A DNA stretch of 62,676 bases from Fibrobacteria bacterium. Its GTDB lineage: Bacteria; Fibrobacterota; Fibrobacteria; UBA11236. The notes under the pieces were generated by a model that was given only the letters and a program-made list of their open reading frames with translations, was not told the origin of the DNA and searched no databases. The translations under genes and the position numbers were made by a program. Location: assembly GCA_043745805.1 (NCBI GenBank), contig JAYTSD010000002.1, positions 1 through 62,676 on the forward strand. Direction: 5' to 3'. This document shows, in pieces, positions 50,037 through 61,341 of this stretch (position 1 is its first letter; each line of letters opens with the position of its first letter).

Positions 50037-53000
50037 CTACGGATGTAGTACTAGTTTAAGTGATTGCGAAACATTATAATTTACGCCCGATAAATTCAAC
50101 TTCACAAAGTAAAGACCGGAAAAAAGCACGGGAGCGTTGGAAAAATCTTGTGGGAAACGGAAGTTATAAAATCCCATGGCCAAGTTGCCAGGTTTATAAC
50201 TGCTAATTAATCGGCCTTGTAAATCAAATACATTAAAATGCACTTGCGCGGCTTGCGGTAGATTTAATTGTAAGGCAAACCCATTGAGCATGCGTTGTGC
50301 AAGGAAGGACAGTTTAGGAACGGCTTGTAAAGTTTTTGCCAATTTAGGTAAGCTCGACAACTGTTTTTTTGTTCCTGCATAAATTGTCAAGGTGTCTTTA
50401 TTCATTCCTTCAAAGGATAATGATCCCAAGGAGTCCAGGCGATATTTTAAATTTCTTTTTTGTGAGAAAGCCCAAATTTGAAAATCGTCAGGAATGTTTT
50501 TTTGCGAAAGGATTAAATCGGGTAAACTTTGCTTTTCACTGCCCACAACTATATTCCATGATAAAAGCGAGTCCCCAAAATGAGTATAGTCTGCGCTTAA
50601 AGCATGTTTGTTTCGTAGGGCCCAAACCTGAGGCTGTTCAGTAAGTGTGGGTAAATACAAATCATCTTCATGCCCTAATTGCACCGCGGCATTTTCTTCT
50701 GCGCCTAAAATCAAAGGCGTATTGAGCTTTCCTAGGCTTAAAAATAATTGCAAACTTTTTGGTGAAAACCAAGCATTCAATTTGGATAATGCGGGCTTAT
50801 TCAAAGAAGAGGAATAGCGTAACAAATTTATAACCGTATCCTGGCCATAGTAATAAACCATATATCCATGCCATGGCTCTAAAGAATCAGAATGAATAAA
50901 TGCTCCAGAACCTTCACTAGCAAAGGCATACAAGCGTTTAACTAAATTGGATGGCGACGGTGAATTTTTCCAAGAGTAAGGCCAATACAGCGTTTGCAGG
51001 TGAGGATTACCAATTTGATTCCAGCCCTGATGCAAATGCACCGAAATTTTTCCACTAGGATTTGGGACGGTTTTTAAAGCCGTAAATTTCAACTGGCTCA
51101 TTAGTTGAGGCGACGCTAAGAAATAGCTTTTGCCGGCTTCTAAGCCTTTGTCTTGTGCAATAAATTCATAGCCTAACTTGGTTGTATCGTTTTGATAAAC
51201 CATGGCCGCAATTTCTTTTTGATTATTGTTTTCCGCTAATTCTTTTAAGGTAACGGGTGCTTGCATATTCAAGGGAATGCTTATTAAGTCCCATAATAAC
51301 GGAGCAGAACCTATATGAAAAATCTCTGGGCTATGGGCGCTTTCAAGGCTTTGTGCTAAGTGATACGCCATGCCCGATTGAGTGGGGAAATTACTTGCAT
51401 AATTTCCATCTTTAAGGCTGAGTTGTATAGTTAGAGGTTTTAGTTCTAATCCATTCTTAAGACTTAAAGAAATGGTATCGCCGTTGAAAACCGATTTTTG
51501 CTGCCAATTATACTTGCTATTATCGGATCGGTTAGCATCGAGATGGAGATTGTAAATATTATCCGTCACTTTAAAATGAATTTGCGTGGAATCTTCTTTG
51601 GTGAATGATTCTTGCAAATAAGTAATCGTAGGCGCTGTGGTATCTACGGCTAAAAAATAAAGGCCCGGTTCAAGAATAAGTCCTGAGTCGGAGGAAGCGA
51701 TGCTATAAATTTTTCCATCCGGCAAAATTTTAAAAAGGGAATGCGCATCATTCAATGGGCGAGTATAAGTTACTCTTGGGAAAACCGAGCTTGAGACTGG
51801 AATGGATAATTCAATAGAATAGGCAATGTTTTTAAAACCGATAGCTTCCTTAAAGTTTTCCGTAGAGGCAGTTTTAACCTGTACGCTGGTTATGGCATCT
51901 TGACTTAGGTTTAAGGTATAGCCGCCATCCAAAAGGATTTGTTTACCTGGATTTAATAGCACATTAATGGGAGCAAAAATCACATAATTTTCTTCAATGA
52001 GCGAGCTTTGTAATGACCCAAGGGTAGCCACTGCTTTGAGGGTATTGGAATTTGAAATTCGAAAAGGTTTATTGTCATACAATATTCCTTTTCCTACTAC
52101 TCCAGGAATGGGTACGCTTCCGTCAAGAGTATAATAAATGGATGCTTTGCTAGGCTTCGAGGATAGAGTAACCTGTACTGCAGAAATATAATGGCCTCCC
52201 GATGGACTGGCATGTGGGGTGTCGGGTGTTAAGGTATAAGTCTCGGATAACATTTTACTGTTTTTATAACCACTTAAAATGGCGATGGCTTTTAAATTCA
52301 CGGAAGCGTCTAATTTTATGGATTGCCCTTGTTTATACTGTAAGGTGGACGTATTGGGAATATCCCCGTTGAGGGTATAGTAAATCCTAGGAATACTATC
52401 CTTCATTAAAGGTTCTATAAGTTTAACATTTAGCGTATCCGAAAATAAAGATTGCCCGGGAATAGCAACCGGTGTCGGTAATTGTGTCATAGGTGCAAAG
52501 GTAAAAGTTCTCCGCACAATAATACTGGTATCGGTTCCCTTAATGGCCCAAGCTCTTAAAGTGGTGGTTTGATGAAATACCAGTTTAAAGCCAGCAATAT
52601 AAGGTGATCCCGATGACAGTGTCCCTGTGCTATCGGCCAAGTAATAAATTTTGGCTTGGGCATCCGCATGGGAAAGTATGATTTGCAAAGAATCTATAAA
52701 TGACGTATCACCAGGGTTAACATCGGGTGCGGCGAGTTTTGCGGCTAATCCTTTAATGTAAGTGCGTTGAATAATTGGGCTAATAATATTTGCTTTTTTA
52801 GCCCAAGATTTTAACCGAGTGGTCAAATTAATGGTAAGTGGTTTTTTATCATAAAAAATTCCTCCACTAGTAGGCGTCGCCATGGTGTCATATGCATAAT
52901 AAATTTGTGCGGAGGTATCGATATGTGTTATTTGAAAGGAAAAGGTAGTGGTAAAACTAGTATCGTTTGGTGCCTTAGGTACATTTAATGTTGCCACTTG

Positions 53001-56000
53001 ATCGAGAGTATAAAACTTAGTGCCTTGTTGACTCACTTCGTTTCCTTTTACGGCGACGGCAATGAGTGTTTGAGTGGATTTAAGGGTAAAGGGTAAAGGG
53101 AAGGGGTTTGCGGAAGTTGTTTTAATATGATTCGCATCAAGTGGATAGGTTCCATCTAAGGTGTAAAAAATAGTGGCTCCAGAAGTCGTGCTATAAATAT
53201 TTACGGAAATGGAATCGGGAAAATTATTTGTAGTGGGTGTAAACAAAGGGGTATTGGGCGTTAGATAATAAATGGCAGAAAAAATGGGGCTGCTTTGGAA
53301 ATCTTTTAAAGTGGTAATGGCTTTTATATTCGTTGTATTTGTTAACTGTAATCCTCCCGGCGGAAAAACTTTACGAGTGGTTGAGGTATCAGGATTTGTA
53401 CCATCAAGGGTATAGTAAATGGTAATACCACCTGTTTGTGTAGAGCTTAGCATTAAAAATACGCTATCCGTAAATTTACTTCCATTAACAATATTACTAG
53501 TAGGAAGGGATGCGATGGGAGGCGCATTATAAGGAATATAAGTTTTTGTAAGGATATCGCTATTGGTGAATCCTGCTTTGATGGCAATGGCTTTTACCGT
53601 AACTTTATAATTATAAACAGGAGGGTTGAGCGAATCATAAAGTGTCGAGGCGGAACTGGGTATGCCGTCATTTATGGTGTAATAAATTTTAGCGTCTTTG
53701 GTTTTTGATTTTAAAATCACCGTTACGCTACTATTGAAAATGGTATCCAACGGAGTCGCTTCCGGTAATGAGGCTTGGGTTGACGGGAGGTAATTGTAGT
53801 TTTCCATTAATTGGTCGCTAGGAGTGTAATTTGCTTTAAATCCCCGTGCCTTAAGCACTTTACTACTTCCGCTGAGGGTGATTTTACTTGTGGCATCGTA
53901 AGTTAAGCTAGTTTCCGTTGGGTCTACACCGTCTAATGTATAATGGATTGTTGCCACAGTATCAGTTTTTAAAGTAATGGTTAAGGGATCAAAAAAATCT
54001 TGTCCTATAGGATTAGCTTTAGGTTTATCCACTTTGGGAACAAGTATTGTCAATTTAGCACTATTACTAGTTGCCATTAAAGCACTTAAATTGGATACCG
54101 TAACGCTATAGTTACCACTATCAGAAATTGTTGCATTGGCCACAGAATAGATGGCCGCATTGGCTGCTCCATTGATGGCTCCGCCATTTTTTTTCCAAGT
54201 ATAGGTTAAAGGTGCTGTTCCCGAGGCGGTCACTGAAAAGCTGAAACCTTGATTTAAGGCTACGGAAAAAGCATTTGGTTGCGAAATTATTTTGGGGGGT
54301 TGAGCAAATACTGTGAGCGTGAGATTGCTTGAACTGGTTAAGGCACTATCCGTCGCGGTCAGGGCAAAAACATATGTGCCTGGCGCGGAAAAATTGACAC
54401 TTGTGGTTAAAGCCTTGGGATCAGTGATGGTCGCCGTTCCGGCTCCGCTGACAAGAGACCATGCAAAGGTTGTTTTTGCAGGTAGGCCATCATCCGTTAC
54501 GGTTCCGGACAAGATTGCTGCAGACGGCAAGGTATCATTTTTTGCATTACCCGCATTCGCAATGGGTGGTGAATTGATGGTTAACTTCGCATTGTTACTA
54601 GTTACCTTTCCTGCACTATTCGAGTCTCTTACTGAATAATTCCCGCTATCCGTAGCTATTACAGCGGTGATACTAAAATTTGAAGTATTGGCCCCTGCGA
54701 TTTTAATTCCATTTTTTAACCATTGATAACTCATATTACTTCCAGTGTCTACAACAGAGAAGGTTACCGGAGATCCAAGATTAATTAACTGTGCCCTAGG
54801 TTGGGTTTTAATTCCAGGTGGATTAACTATGGATGCGACAATCAAGAGTACTTTAACACTTGTGTCAGCACCGATAGCATTTTTAACAATACAATCGTAT
54901 TGTACTCCACTATCGCTGAGTAAAGAATTTGGTGTGGTATAAGTGGCAGTCGTGCCTCCGATCCCTAGCGTAACAGGAACACTATTTTTTCGCCATTGAA
55001 AAGTGGGTGTGGGGTTGCCAGAATATTTTAAAGAGAAAATGCCAACAGATCCTACAGTGACAATAGCATCCTTTGGTTCGGTAGTTATTTTGGCTGGGGA
55101 TTGAACCGTTAATGTGGCCGTGGAGGAATCGGTGCCGGTACTGTTGGACACCGTAACAGTAAATGTTCCGCTATTTTGTTGATTGGTAACCGTACAAGTA
55201 GCGGTTGTACAGCCATCAGTGAGTATTGTCGTAGGATTTTTTTTCCAAGAATATTTAGGGGCAGGATTACCCGTGGCTACTACTGTATATGTTACTGCGC
55301 TTCCTGCTAACACAGTTTTGTTTTGTAAAGGAGAAGTGATTTTCGCAGCTACGGGAATATCAATGGTATAGGTTTGTGATAAGACTGTTGAAACCCCTCC
55401 TGCATTGTAGGCAATCGCTTTTAAGATTAATGTGGTATTAACTGGTATTGGGGTATTGCTGTAGAGTATGCCGGTAGTTGTGGTAGGAACGCTCCCATCG
55501 GTGGTATAGCGTATGGAGCCATTATTGTCCGTAGAAAGTGTAATGAGTTGAGCAGAGGTATAGAGTCCACCTAATGGATTAGCAGTAGGTGGCGACGGGG
55601 CGGGCATGGGTAAAATGGTTAGGGTAACTTGGCTAATCCCAATATTACTCAAACCATCGATTGCACTCAATTTTAAAATATATGTCCCTGGTGCATTAAA
55701 CGTCACCGAAGGATTTAAAGATGTCAAGTCATTAAAGATGGCTTTACCTAATGTGGTACCTCCATTATGACTCCATAAAATGGCTATTGGTGCTGGACCA
55801 TCGGGATCGACTATCGAAGTACCAGTAAGTACTACGCTTACAGTTCCTGTTGTGAGTAATTGTAAAGTTTGATTTTGTCCGGCTGAAACGATAGGCGCTT
55901 GATTAATTGTGGCGGGTGTTACCGTGACATTTATGGTGCTAGTATTGAAGGCATTTGCGCCATCCGTAGCCCTGAGTTCTAGTGTATAATTACCACTTAC

Positions 56001-56861
56001 ATTAAAGGTTGCCGGAGTATTAAGTGAAGATGGAGTGCTAAAAGTTGCCGAACCCAAAGGGGGCCCACTAATTTGCGACCAAAGGACGGCTAGGGGAGCC
56101 GGGCCATCGGGATCAGTCGCTGTGCCAGAAAGATTTAGGCTGGCTGTACCTTGTGTATTTAATTGTATGCTTTGATCCGGTCCTGCACTTACACTTGGTT
56201 TTTGATTGATGGGTGCGGGAGAGACGGTAACGATTGCGGTTTTAACAGTGGCATTTACTCCATCGTTGACTATAAGTTGTAAAGTGAATGTACCCTCTAT
56301 TGCAAATGTTACGTTGGGGTTTGGTAATGAGGCATTGTCAAATGTTACTGTGCCGTTGCCATTTAATTTTGTCCAATTAAAGGTAATAGGCTTATTTTCG
56401 GGATCACTACCACTACCATTTAATTGCAGAGTGTTTGGTAGGGTAATCGTATAAGGGCCTCCCGCATTCGCAATGGGCGGATTATTAGGTGGAGGAGGAT
56501 CGGTAACTTTAATGGTAACACTTGCACTATTACTGTTACCTTTTTCGTCGGTGGCGGTTAAAGTGAGTGTGTAGTCACCTGCAGTAGTGAAAGTAGCTTC
56601 CGTAGAAAGTGAGCTATTATCGGTGATTGTTACGGTTTCGGTTTTACCGGAGATACTCCAAAGGGAACTTACTATTGCAAAATTATTTGGAATGGCTGTA
56701 CCTTGTAAGGAAGTGGTTACAAATCCATTGGCTGAAAGCTCCAGTACAAGACCATCAGCGGGTTTTTGTATGGCTACTTCGGGAAAAATTGCAGCTTGAG
56801 CAAGGGAAATGCTACCTAAAAATAAGAGGAATAAAACCAAAAATGTTTTTTGTATTTTCAA
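50037..56861 (-). CDS. Giant surface protein: PKD-like x5, Ig I-set x4, CHB_HEX_C/Fn3-associated x9, conserved C-terminal module
   Basis: Signal peptide; PPIANAG/VSAGPDQ repeats; ITTEPKD/IKTQPR repeats; nine IYYTLDG.P-type motifs; C-terminal VFDLQGRLI...GLYFVKL. Confidence 0.88.
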   Translation of the reverse strand: MKIQKTFLVLFLLFLGSISLAQAAIFPEVAIQKPADGLVLELSANGFVTTSLQGTAIPNNFAIVSSLWSISGKTETVTITDNSSLSTEATFTTAGDYTLTLTATDEKGNSNSASVTIKVTDPPPPNNPPIANAGGPYTITLPNTLQLNGSGSDPENKPITFNWTKLNGNGTVTFDNASLPNPNVTFAIEGTFTLQLIVNDGVNATVKTAIVTVSPAPINQKPSVSAGPDQSIQLNTQGTASLNLSGTATDPDGPAPLAVLWSQISGPPLGSATFSTPSSLNTPATFNVSGNYTLELRATDGANAFNTSTINVTVTPATINQAPIVSAGQNQTLQLLTTGTVSVVLTGTSIVDPDGPAPIAILWSHNGGTTLGKAIFNDLTSLNPSVTFNAPGTYILKLSAIDGLSNIGISQVTLTILPMPAPSPPTANPLGGLYTSAQLITLSTDNNGSIRYTTDGSVPTTTTGILYSNTPIPVNTTLILKAIAYNAGGVSTVLSQTYTIDIPVAAKITSPLQNKTVLAGSAVTYTVVATGNPAPKYSWKKNPTTILTDGCTTATCTVTNQQNSGTFTVTVSNSTGTDSSTATLTVQSPAKITTEPKDAIVTVGSVGIFSLKYSGNPTPTFQWRKNSVPVTLGIGGTTATYTTPNSLLSDSGVQYDCIVKNAIGADTSVKVLLIVASIVNPPGIKTQPRAQLINLGSPVTFSVVDTGSNMSYQWLKNGIKIAGANTSNFSITAVIATDSGNYSVRDSNSAGKVTSNNAKLTINSPPIANAGNAKNDTLPSAAILSGTVTDDGLPAKTTFAWSLVSGAGTATITDPKALTTSVNFSAPGTYVFALTATDSALTSSSNLTLTVFAQPPKIISQPNAFSVALNQGFSFSVTASGTAPLTYTWKKNGGAINGAANAAIYSVANATISDSGNYSVTVSNLSALMATSNSAKLTILVPKVDKPKANPIGQDFFDPLTITLKTDTVATIHYTLDGVDPTETSLTYDATSKITLSGSSKVLKARGFKANYTPSDQLMENYNYLPSTQASLPEATPLDTIFNSSVTVILKSKTKDAKIYYTINDGIPSSASTLYDSLNPPVYNYKVTVKAIAIKAGFTNSDILTKTYIPYNAPPIASLPTSNIVNGSKFTDSVFLMLSSTQTGGITIYYTLDGTNPDTSTTRKVFPPGGLQLTNTTNIKAITTLKDFQSSPIFSAIYYLTPNTPLFTPTTNNFPDSISVNIYSTTSGATIFYTLDGTYPLDANHIKTTSANPFPLPFTLKSTQTLIAVAVKGNEVSQQGTKFYTLDQVATLNVPKAPNDTSFTTTFSFQITHIDTSAQIYYAYDTMATPTSGGIFYDKKPLTINLTTRLKSWAKKANIISPIIQRTYIKGLAAKLAAPDVNPGDTSFIDSLQIILSHADAQAKIYYLADSTGTLSSGSPYIAGFKLVFHQTTTLRAWAIKGTDTSIIVRRTFTFAPMTQLPTPVAIPGQSLFSDTLNVKLIEPLMKDSIPRIYYTLNGDIPNTSTLQYKQGQSIKLDASVNLKAIAILSGYKNSKMLSETYTLTPDTPHASPSGGHYISAVQVTLSSKPSKASIYYTLDGSVPIPGVVGKGILYDNKPFRISNSNTLKAVATLGSLQSSLIEENYVIFAPINVLLNPGKQILLDGGYTLNLSQDAITSVQVKTASTENFKEAIGFKNIAYSIELSIPVSSSVFPRVTYTRPLNDAHSLFKILPDGKIYSIASSDSGLILEPGLYFLAVDTTAPTITYLQESFTKEDSTQIHFKVTDNIYNLHLDANRSDNSKYNWQQKSVFNGDTISLSLKNGLELKPLTIQLSLKDGNYASNFPTQSGMAYHLAQSLESAHSPEIFHIGSAPLLWDLISIPLNMQAPVTLKELAENNNQKEIAAMVYQNDTTKLGYEFIAQDKGLEAGKSYFLASPQLMSQLKFTALKTVPNPSGKISVHLHQGWNQIGNPHLQTLYWPYSWKNSPSPSNLVKRLYAFASEGSGAFIHSDSLEPWHGYMVYYYGQDTVINLLRYSSSLNKPALSKLNAWFSPKSLQLFLSLGKLNTPLILGAEENAAVQLGHEDDLYLPTLTEQPQVWALRNKHALSADYTHFGDSLLSWNIVVGSEKQSLPDLILSQKNIPDDFQIWAFSQKRNLKYRLDSLGSLSFEGMNKDTLTIYAGTKKQLSSLPKLAKTLQAVPKLSFLAQRMLNGFALQLNLPQAAQVHFNVFDLQGRLISSYKPGNLAMGFYNFRFPQDFSNAPVLFSGLYFVKLNLSGVNYNVSQSLKLVLHP

Positions 56862-57199
56862 GCGTAGCCAGCCTTACAACTCGATTGTAATCTCAAAAAG
56901 TCATTAGCATTTATTGTGAGGATATTTTTCATTTAAGGCCGATTCCTATATGGGCTAAATATAATTTATTTCCCCTCTAAGCAAATTAAATCGGTACTAT
57001 TCGTATCAGAATTGGTTAATTGTTTAGTTTTCAAAACTAGTGTGACGAGTTTCTTTACAGAATAATATTTGTAAAAAAATGCTAAGTGATTAAAGGTAAC
57101 TTATCGGATTCTCATCAATTCAATGCAGAAGGAAATCGACAATGCAACGCAATTCAATATTTTGTGTGATTCAGAACTCAAACTTCTTAAATGGTTTTA

Positions 57200-60100
57200 T
57201 TAATAAAGCATTATTTTTTGAGTGAACGTATGATGAAAATGCTCCCCATTTACGCGCATGCTTAGGATTAAGGGGCCTAAAAAGTCAGGTTTTAAGGTTT
57301 TTACTGGCAGGATAAAATGGAAATTTCCACTATTTAGCCCAGTGCGAGGCTGTTGAAAGACTCTTTTTCCCAATAATGTCCATAATGAATATTCCACCTT
57401 TGCCGCTTGGGGCAAGGCTAAATTTATCGCTAAGCGCCCCCCTTCTTGGACTAATTTGAGTTTTATAATTAGCGGCGTTTCGGGAAGTACATTCCAAACG
57501 GAATATTTTTTTAATTGATCAGCAGTGCCGATCATTATAGCTAACGTATCATCAAGGTTACTCATAGGCAATGAGACTCCTTCTCCCAAAGGGAATTTTA
57601 TATGGCGAGTTAAAGAAATAGCCCAAGCCTCGTAATGTTCGGGAAGTATTTTGTCTAATAGATTTAATTGGATATTTTCACTAGCAATAATGTCAGGGTT
57701 GCTGGCATTCGCTTTATAAACTAACCCCCAAGTCATTAAAGTGTTTTTTTGAAATGCAATCAAATCAACAGATAGTGCAAACTTTTGTCGTAAAGCAAAA
57801 AAAGCCGGAGTATGCGTTAAAGTGGGCAAGGCCATTTCATCTTCTACTCCCATATCATTTCGAAAAGAATCACCTGCTCCAATTTCTAAAAATGTTCCGG
57901 CACTCCCATTTTGTAGCAATTGAAATTTAAGCGAAGCGAACGTGTTGGTGTGAGTAGTATTTTTCTTAGGTAACCCAGAGATTACGGGTTGAGAGGATAA
58001 ATCTATAATGGTGTCTTGCCCTTTATACTCTACATAATACCCTCTCCACGGCGCCAAAGTATCACTAGGTATAAAAAATCCATTTTTGGGATTAAAGCTA
58101 TACAAGCCTTTTAATTTGGAAAATGGGCGTTCGGGATTATTCCAAGTCATGGGCCAATAGCGTTTTTCTAAATGGGGATTAGCAATTTGATTCCATCCAT
58201 TTTGCAAATGTAAATGTAGCGTTCCGGTGGAATCAAACGGCGAGGCTTTTAGAATGGGGAGTTGCAGATTTTGGGTGGAGGTGGAGCTGGCCATCCAAAC
58301 CGCTTTCCCAGGCGATAAGGTATCCGTATCTTGCAGGTAAACGTATTTTTTTGAGACATTATTCCATGTAGCGGCTTTGAGAAAAAATCCATTTTGAATT
58401 TTTGCTAATTTTCCAAATGTAAGATCGGGGTCGTTAATTGGAAGCCCGATAAAATCCCAAGGTTTGCTGGTGTCCTGGCCCAATTTAAATATGGCAGGAC
58501 TTAATTGTGCTGGAAATTTCTGGGATAGGGGAAATGTTTCCACACATTTTGCTGGGAAGCACGATTTTTGTGACCCATCATCTAGTCTTAATTGTAAAGT
58601 CAGGATTTTAGGTTCGGCGCTAGAATTTTTTAAATGAAATCTTAATGAAGTGTCTGTTACTGCAATATTACTTTGATTTAAATTTGCATTGTCGGAACGT
58701 AGTAAATCATAACTTAAATTTTGCACATTGTCGTACAAGCTGAATAGTACTTGAGTGGAATCATTCACTCCAATTTTTTCTTGGCGCAAATGGATAGTAG
58801 GAGGCTGAATATCTTCTGCCCAAAAATAACTCCCAACTTCGAATACTAATACGCTGGGCGCCTTTCCAATAAACCATACTTTGCCATTTTTTAATTGATA
58901 AAGATTTTGCCTTCCATTTACAGTGTCCCCCAAAGTTATCTTGGGAAATAATCCGGTCGCAGAAAGATTTAATCCCAAAGAGATATTGATAAATCCAGAT
59001 ATTGGCAAAGACTCAGGGGATAAAATTTTGATCGTGATATTGTTATTGCTATTTACAGGGTTGCTTATAGAATAGCCGCTAGGTAATGATAAGGATTTAT
59101 TAGGAGTGAGAGTGAAAGTGCTGTCTTGTAATGTAGGTAGTTTGGAAAAAGTTTGCGTTAAAACGGCGCTGATTCCGAAGCCGGGAGCAATGGCAATCGC
59201 TTTAATGGTGGTGGTTTGTGTAATAGTAAAAGGATCACGATATTTATTGTCGCTGGCCGTGGGCTCTCTTCCATCGGTTGTATAATAGATAATTAGCGTT
59301 CCTGCTGGACCGGAAGCGGTTAAGCTGATGGTTAAAATATCTGCAAAGTTTTGATTTTGGGCTGAAGGTTGAGTAGTTGCAATGGGAGTGCCCAAGTTAT
59401 TATAAGTAAACGTGCGTGTTAACATAAGACTTTTAAGTCCATAACGCAGAGCATAAGCTTTAAGGGTTTTGCTTTGAGTAATTGTAATTGAGTCGGAATA
59501 CAAAAATGCAGTAGGTGCTTTTTGTAAACCAATAAGGGGTTCGGATCCGTCTAGGGTATAATAGATTTTATTGGCAGAATCCAATGGCGTGGAGCGAAGC
59601 CCAATTCTTAAAGTATCACTGAAAATATTAGTTGTGCTATTGCTATCGAGGCGAGAAATGACATGCGGCATACTCGGGGTTATGGTCTTTACCGTAACTT
59701 TAATGTTACGGCTCGAATCCGCATCTGTTCCATTGGTATATTTGCACATATAGATTGCTCCGTTATCAAACAGGGTCGCGGTAAAAGTATAGTTGGTAAT
59801 TGTAGCCCCGTTAATCGGTACTCCGTTTCTGTACCATTGATAAGTCAATGCCGAAGCGTGAGAATTTACAGTTAAATTAACGAGTTTGGATTCCATAACT
59901 AAGGTGTCACCACTTTGGTTATTTAAATACGGCTTGGCGGCAAAAGTAACTAGTTGAAATGGAGCTATCGCTTCATTGGTAGCCGCATCTCTTTGGATAA
60001 ATAAACTGTCACCTAACAGAGAATATTCGAACCAACCTTCTCCAATGGATTTTGAAAGCGATTGCTGGGATGTTGTCGATAATACTTCTCCCTCACGACC

Positions 60101-61009
60101 AAAATTTCCTGGCAGAATTAAAACCGTTCGGTTCGAATCCCCAGAATATGAGTCTGAATAGGAGTAGCTATTTTGACTTAAAGTCGGCTGCCCATGTGCC
60201 ACTTGGGTACCATCGGTAAAATGTACTACATAGTGAACAAAACTAAGAGTGATTAGGCTGGTATTACTTCTAAAGTAGTCAATATGCGTCCCATTAGGAT
60301 TCGTTAAAAGCGACATAGCCCCATCCATATTCAGATCGTCTCCATCTTGCCGATAATTTCCAATAATCAAACTACTACTTGGATCTACTGGTATTGGAAT
60401 AGAGGTACTGTTAGTCTTTTCCAATGCGGCTAAATTACCCAAAATTTTTTGTACTTCGCAGCCGCCATATTCAATGACTTGCCAAGCCAAACTAAATTTC
60501 GCTGGCGGACTATTATCTGCCTGCAAATGTAAATTGTTAGTGCTGGTTAATTCTGCTGTCACCCCTTCTGAAGCGCCTCGCACTAGGTTCTCACTTTGAA
60601 TTTGAACCAAAGGAAAAGCGTTGTTTAAATTTACACTTTGAATGGGAATGTCCAAAGGAAATCTCGCGATAGTATTTTTAATAAAACCTCTTTGCACGCG
60701 CACGTTACCGGTAAATTCCAACACTTGCCAACTGATATAAATACCAGTACCCTGTCCCACGCGAGAAAATTCGATGGAACTTGCATCCTTAAAACGTCCT
60801 AGTACAAACGTGTTTTGAGGTGCGCTGTCGTTTGACGAATAGGAGTAAAGTAATAGAGCTTTACTGGTATCAATAGCGCGGGATAAATTGAGGGTCTTGT
60901 TAATTCCAATTAATTGATCTTCGCCCTTTATTATTTTTACATCTGCAATGGCTTGTACAATGAAGATCGAGAGGTAAATTTCTAAAAAAGCAATTTTTTT
61001 TAATATCAT
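57200..61009 (-). CDS. Large surface protein, paralog of 50037..56861 (Ig x1, CHB_HEX_C x2, shared C-terminal module)
   Basis: YQWYRNG Ig, IYYTLDGSEP/IYYTTDGREP, GWNQIANPHL; three N-terminal WQVxEF-type repeats. Confidence 0.85.
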   Translation of the reverse strand: MILKKIAFLEIYLSIFIVQAIADVKIIKGEDQLIGINKTLNLSRAIDTSKALLLYSYSSNDSAPQNTFVLGRFKDASSIEFSRVGQGTGIYISWQVLEFTGNVRVQRGFIKNTIARFPLDIPIQSVNLNNAFPLVQIQSENLVRGASEGVTAELTSTNNLHLQADNSPPAKFSLAWQVIEYGGCEVQKILGNLAALEKTNSTSIPIPVDPSSSLIIGNYRQDGDDLNMDGAMSLLTNPNGTHIDYFRSNTSLITLSFVHYVVHFTDGTQVAHGQPTLSQNSYSYSDSYSGDSNRTVLILPGNFGREGEVLSTTSQQSLSKSIGEGWFEYSLLGDSLFIQRDAATNEAIAPFQLVTFAAKPYLNNQSGDTLVMESKLVNLTVNSHASALTYQWYRNGVPINGATITNYTFTATLFDNGAIYMCKYTNGTDADSSRNIKVTVKTITPSMPHVISRLDSNSTTNIFSDTLRIGLRSTPLDSANKIYYTLDGSEPLIGLQKAPTAFLYSDSITITQSKTLKAYALRYGLKSLMLTRTFTYNNLGTPIATTQPSAQNQNFADILTISLTASGPAGTLIIYYTTDGREPTASDNKYRDPFTITQTTTIKAIAIAPGFGISAVLTQTFSKLPTLQDSTFTLTPNKSLSLPSGYSISNPVNSNNNITIKILSPESLPISGFINISLGLNLSATGLFPKITLGDTVNGRQNLYQLKNGKVWFIGKAPSVLVFEVGSYFWAEDIQPPTIHLRQEKIGVNDSTQVLFSLYDNVQNLSYDLLRSDNANLNQSNIAVTDTSLRFHLKNSSAEPKILTLQLRLDDGSQKSCFPAKCVETFPLSQKFPAQLSPAIFKLGQDTSKPWDFIGLPINDPDLTFGKLAKIQNGFFLKAATWNNVSKKYVYLQDTDTLSPGKAVWMASSTSTQNLQLPILKASPFDSTGTLHLHLQNGWNQIANPHLEKRYWPMTWNNPERPFSKLKGLYSFNPKNGFFIPSDTLAPWRGYYVEYKGQDTIIDLSSQPVISGLPKKNTTHTNTFASLKFQLLQNGSAGTFLEIGAGDSFRNDMGVEDEMALPTLTHTPAFFALRQKFALSVDLIAFQKNTLMTWGLVYKANASNPDIIASENIQLNLLDKILPEHYEAWAISLTRHIKFPLGEGVSLPMSNLDDTLAIMIGTADQLKKYSVWNVLPETPLIIKLKLVQEGGRLAINLALPQAAKVEYSLWTLLGKRVFQQPRTGLNSGNFHFILPVKTLKPDFLGPLILSMRVNGEHFHHTFTQKIMLY

Positions 61010-61341
61010 TTAAACCTTTGAAGCAAAGCTTTCGCCTTATAATAATTTTGTCTCATTGCATTAGGATAGGCAAGAATTAACGGAAAAACATAGAGTATTT
61101 GTCAAAAGTTTCTTGTGCTAAGATTGTCTAAAAATCCATCTAATTTTATTTCCGACTCAAAAAATCCCAAAGGGTTCACGGCGTAACCATTAGGAATATT
61201 GAATTGTGTGCTGAATGAGTCCAATTTTTTCTCTCTTCCTTACAAACTTACTTCCAAGATAAAAAATCCTGTTTGGTATTGATTAATTTTTTTTTTCTTA
61301 TAAAGCTGCTATATTCAGTACTCCATTGGTAATCGCGTTAG

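Noticed and set aside
54550-56477. Identical 17-mer CCCGCATTCGCAATGGG at about 54550 and 56461
   Set aside because: Encodes the PIANAG start of two PKD-like repeats inside one gene; not an independent element
54313-56799. Several plus-strand ORFs opposite the giant protein
   Set aside because: Expected antisense open frames of Thr/Ser/Ala-rich repeats
61022-61037. Minus-strand GG-N10-GC motif (AGGCGAAAGCTTTGCT) before the 1269-aa gene
   Set aside because: Spacing fits but the -24 match is weak and the start site would fall almost on the ATG; may be chance
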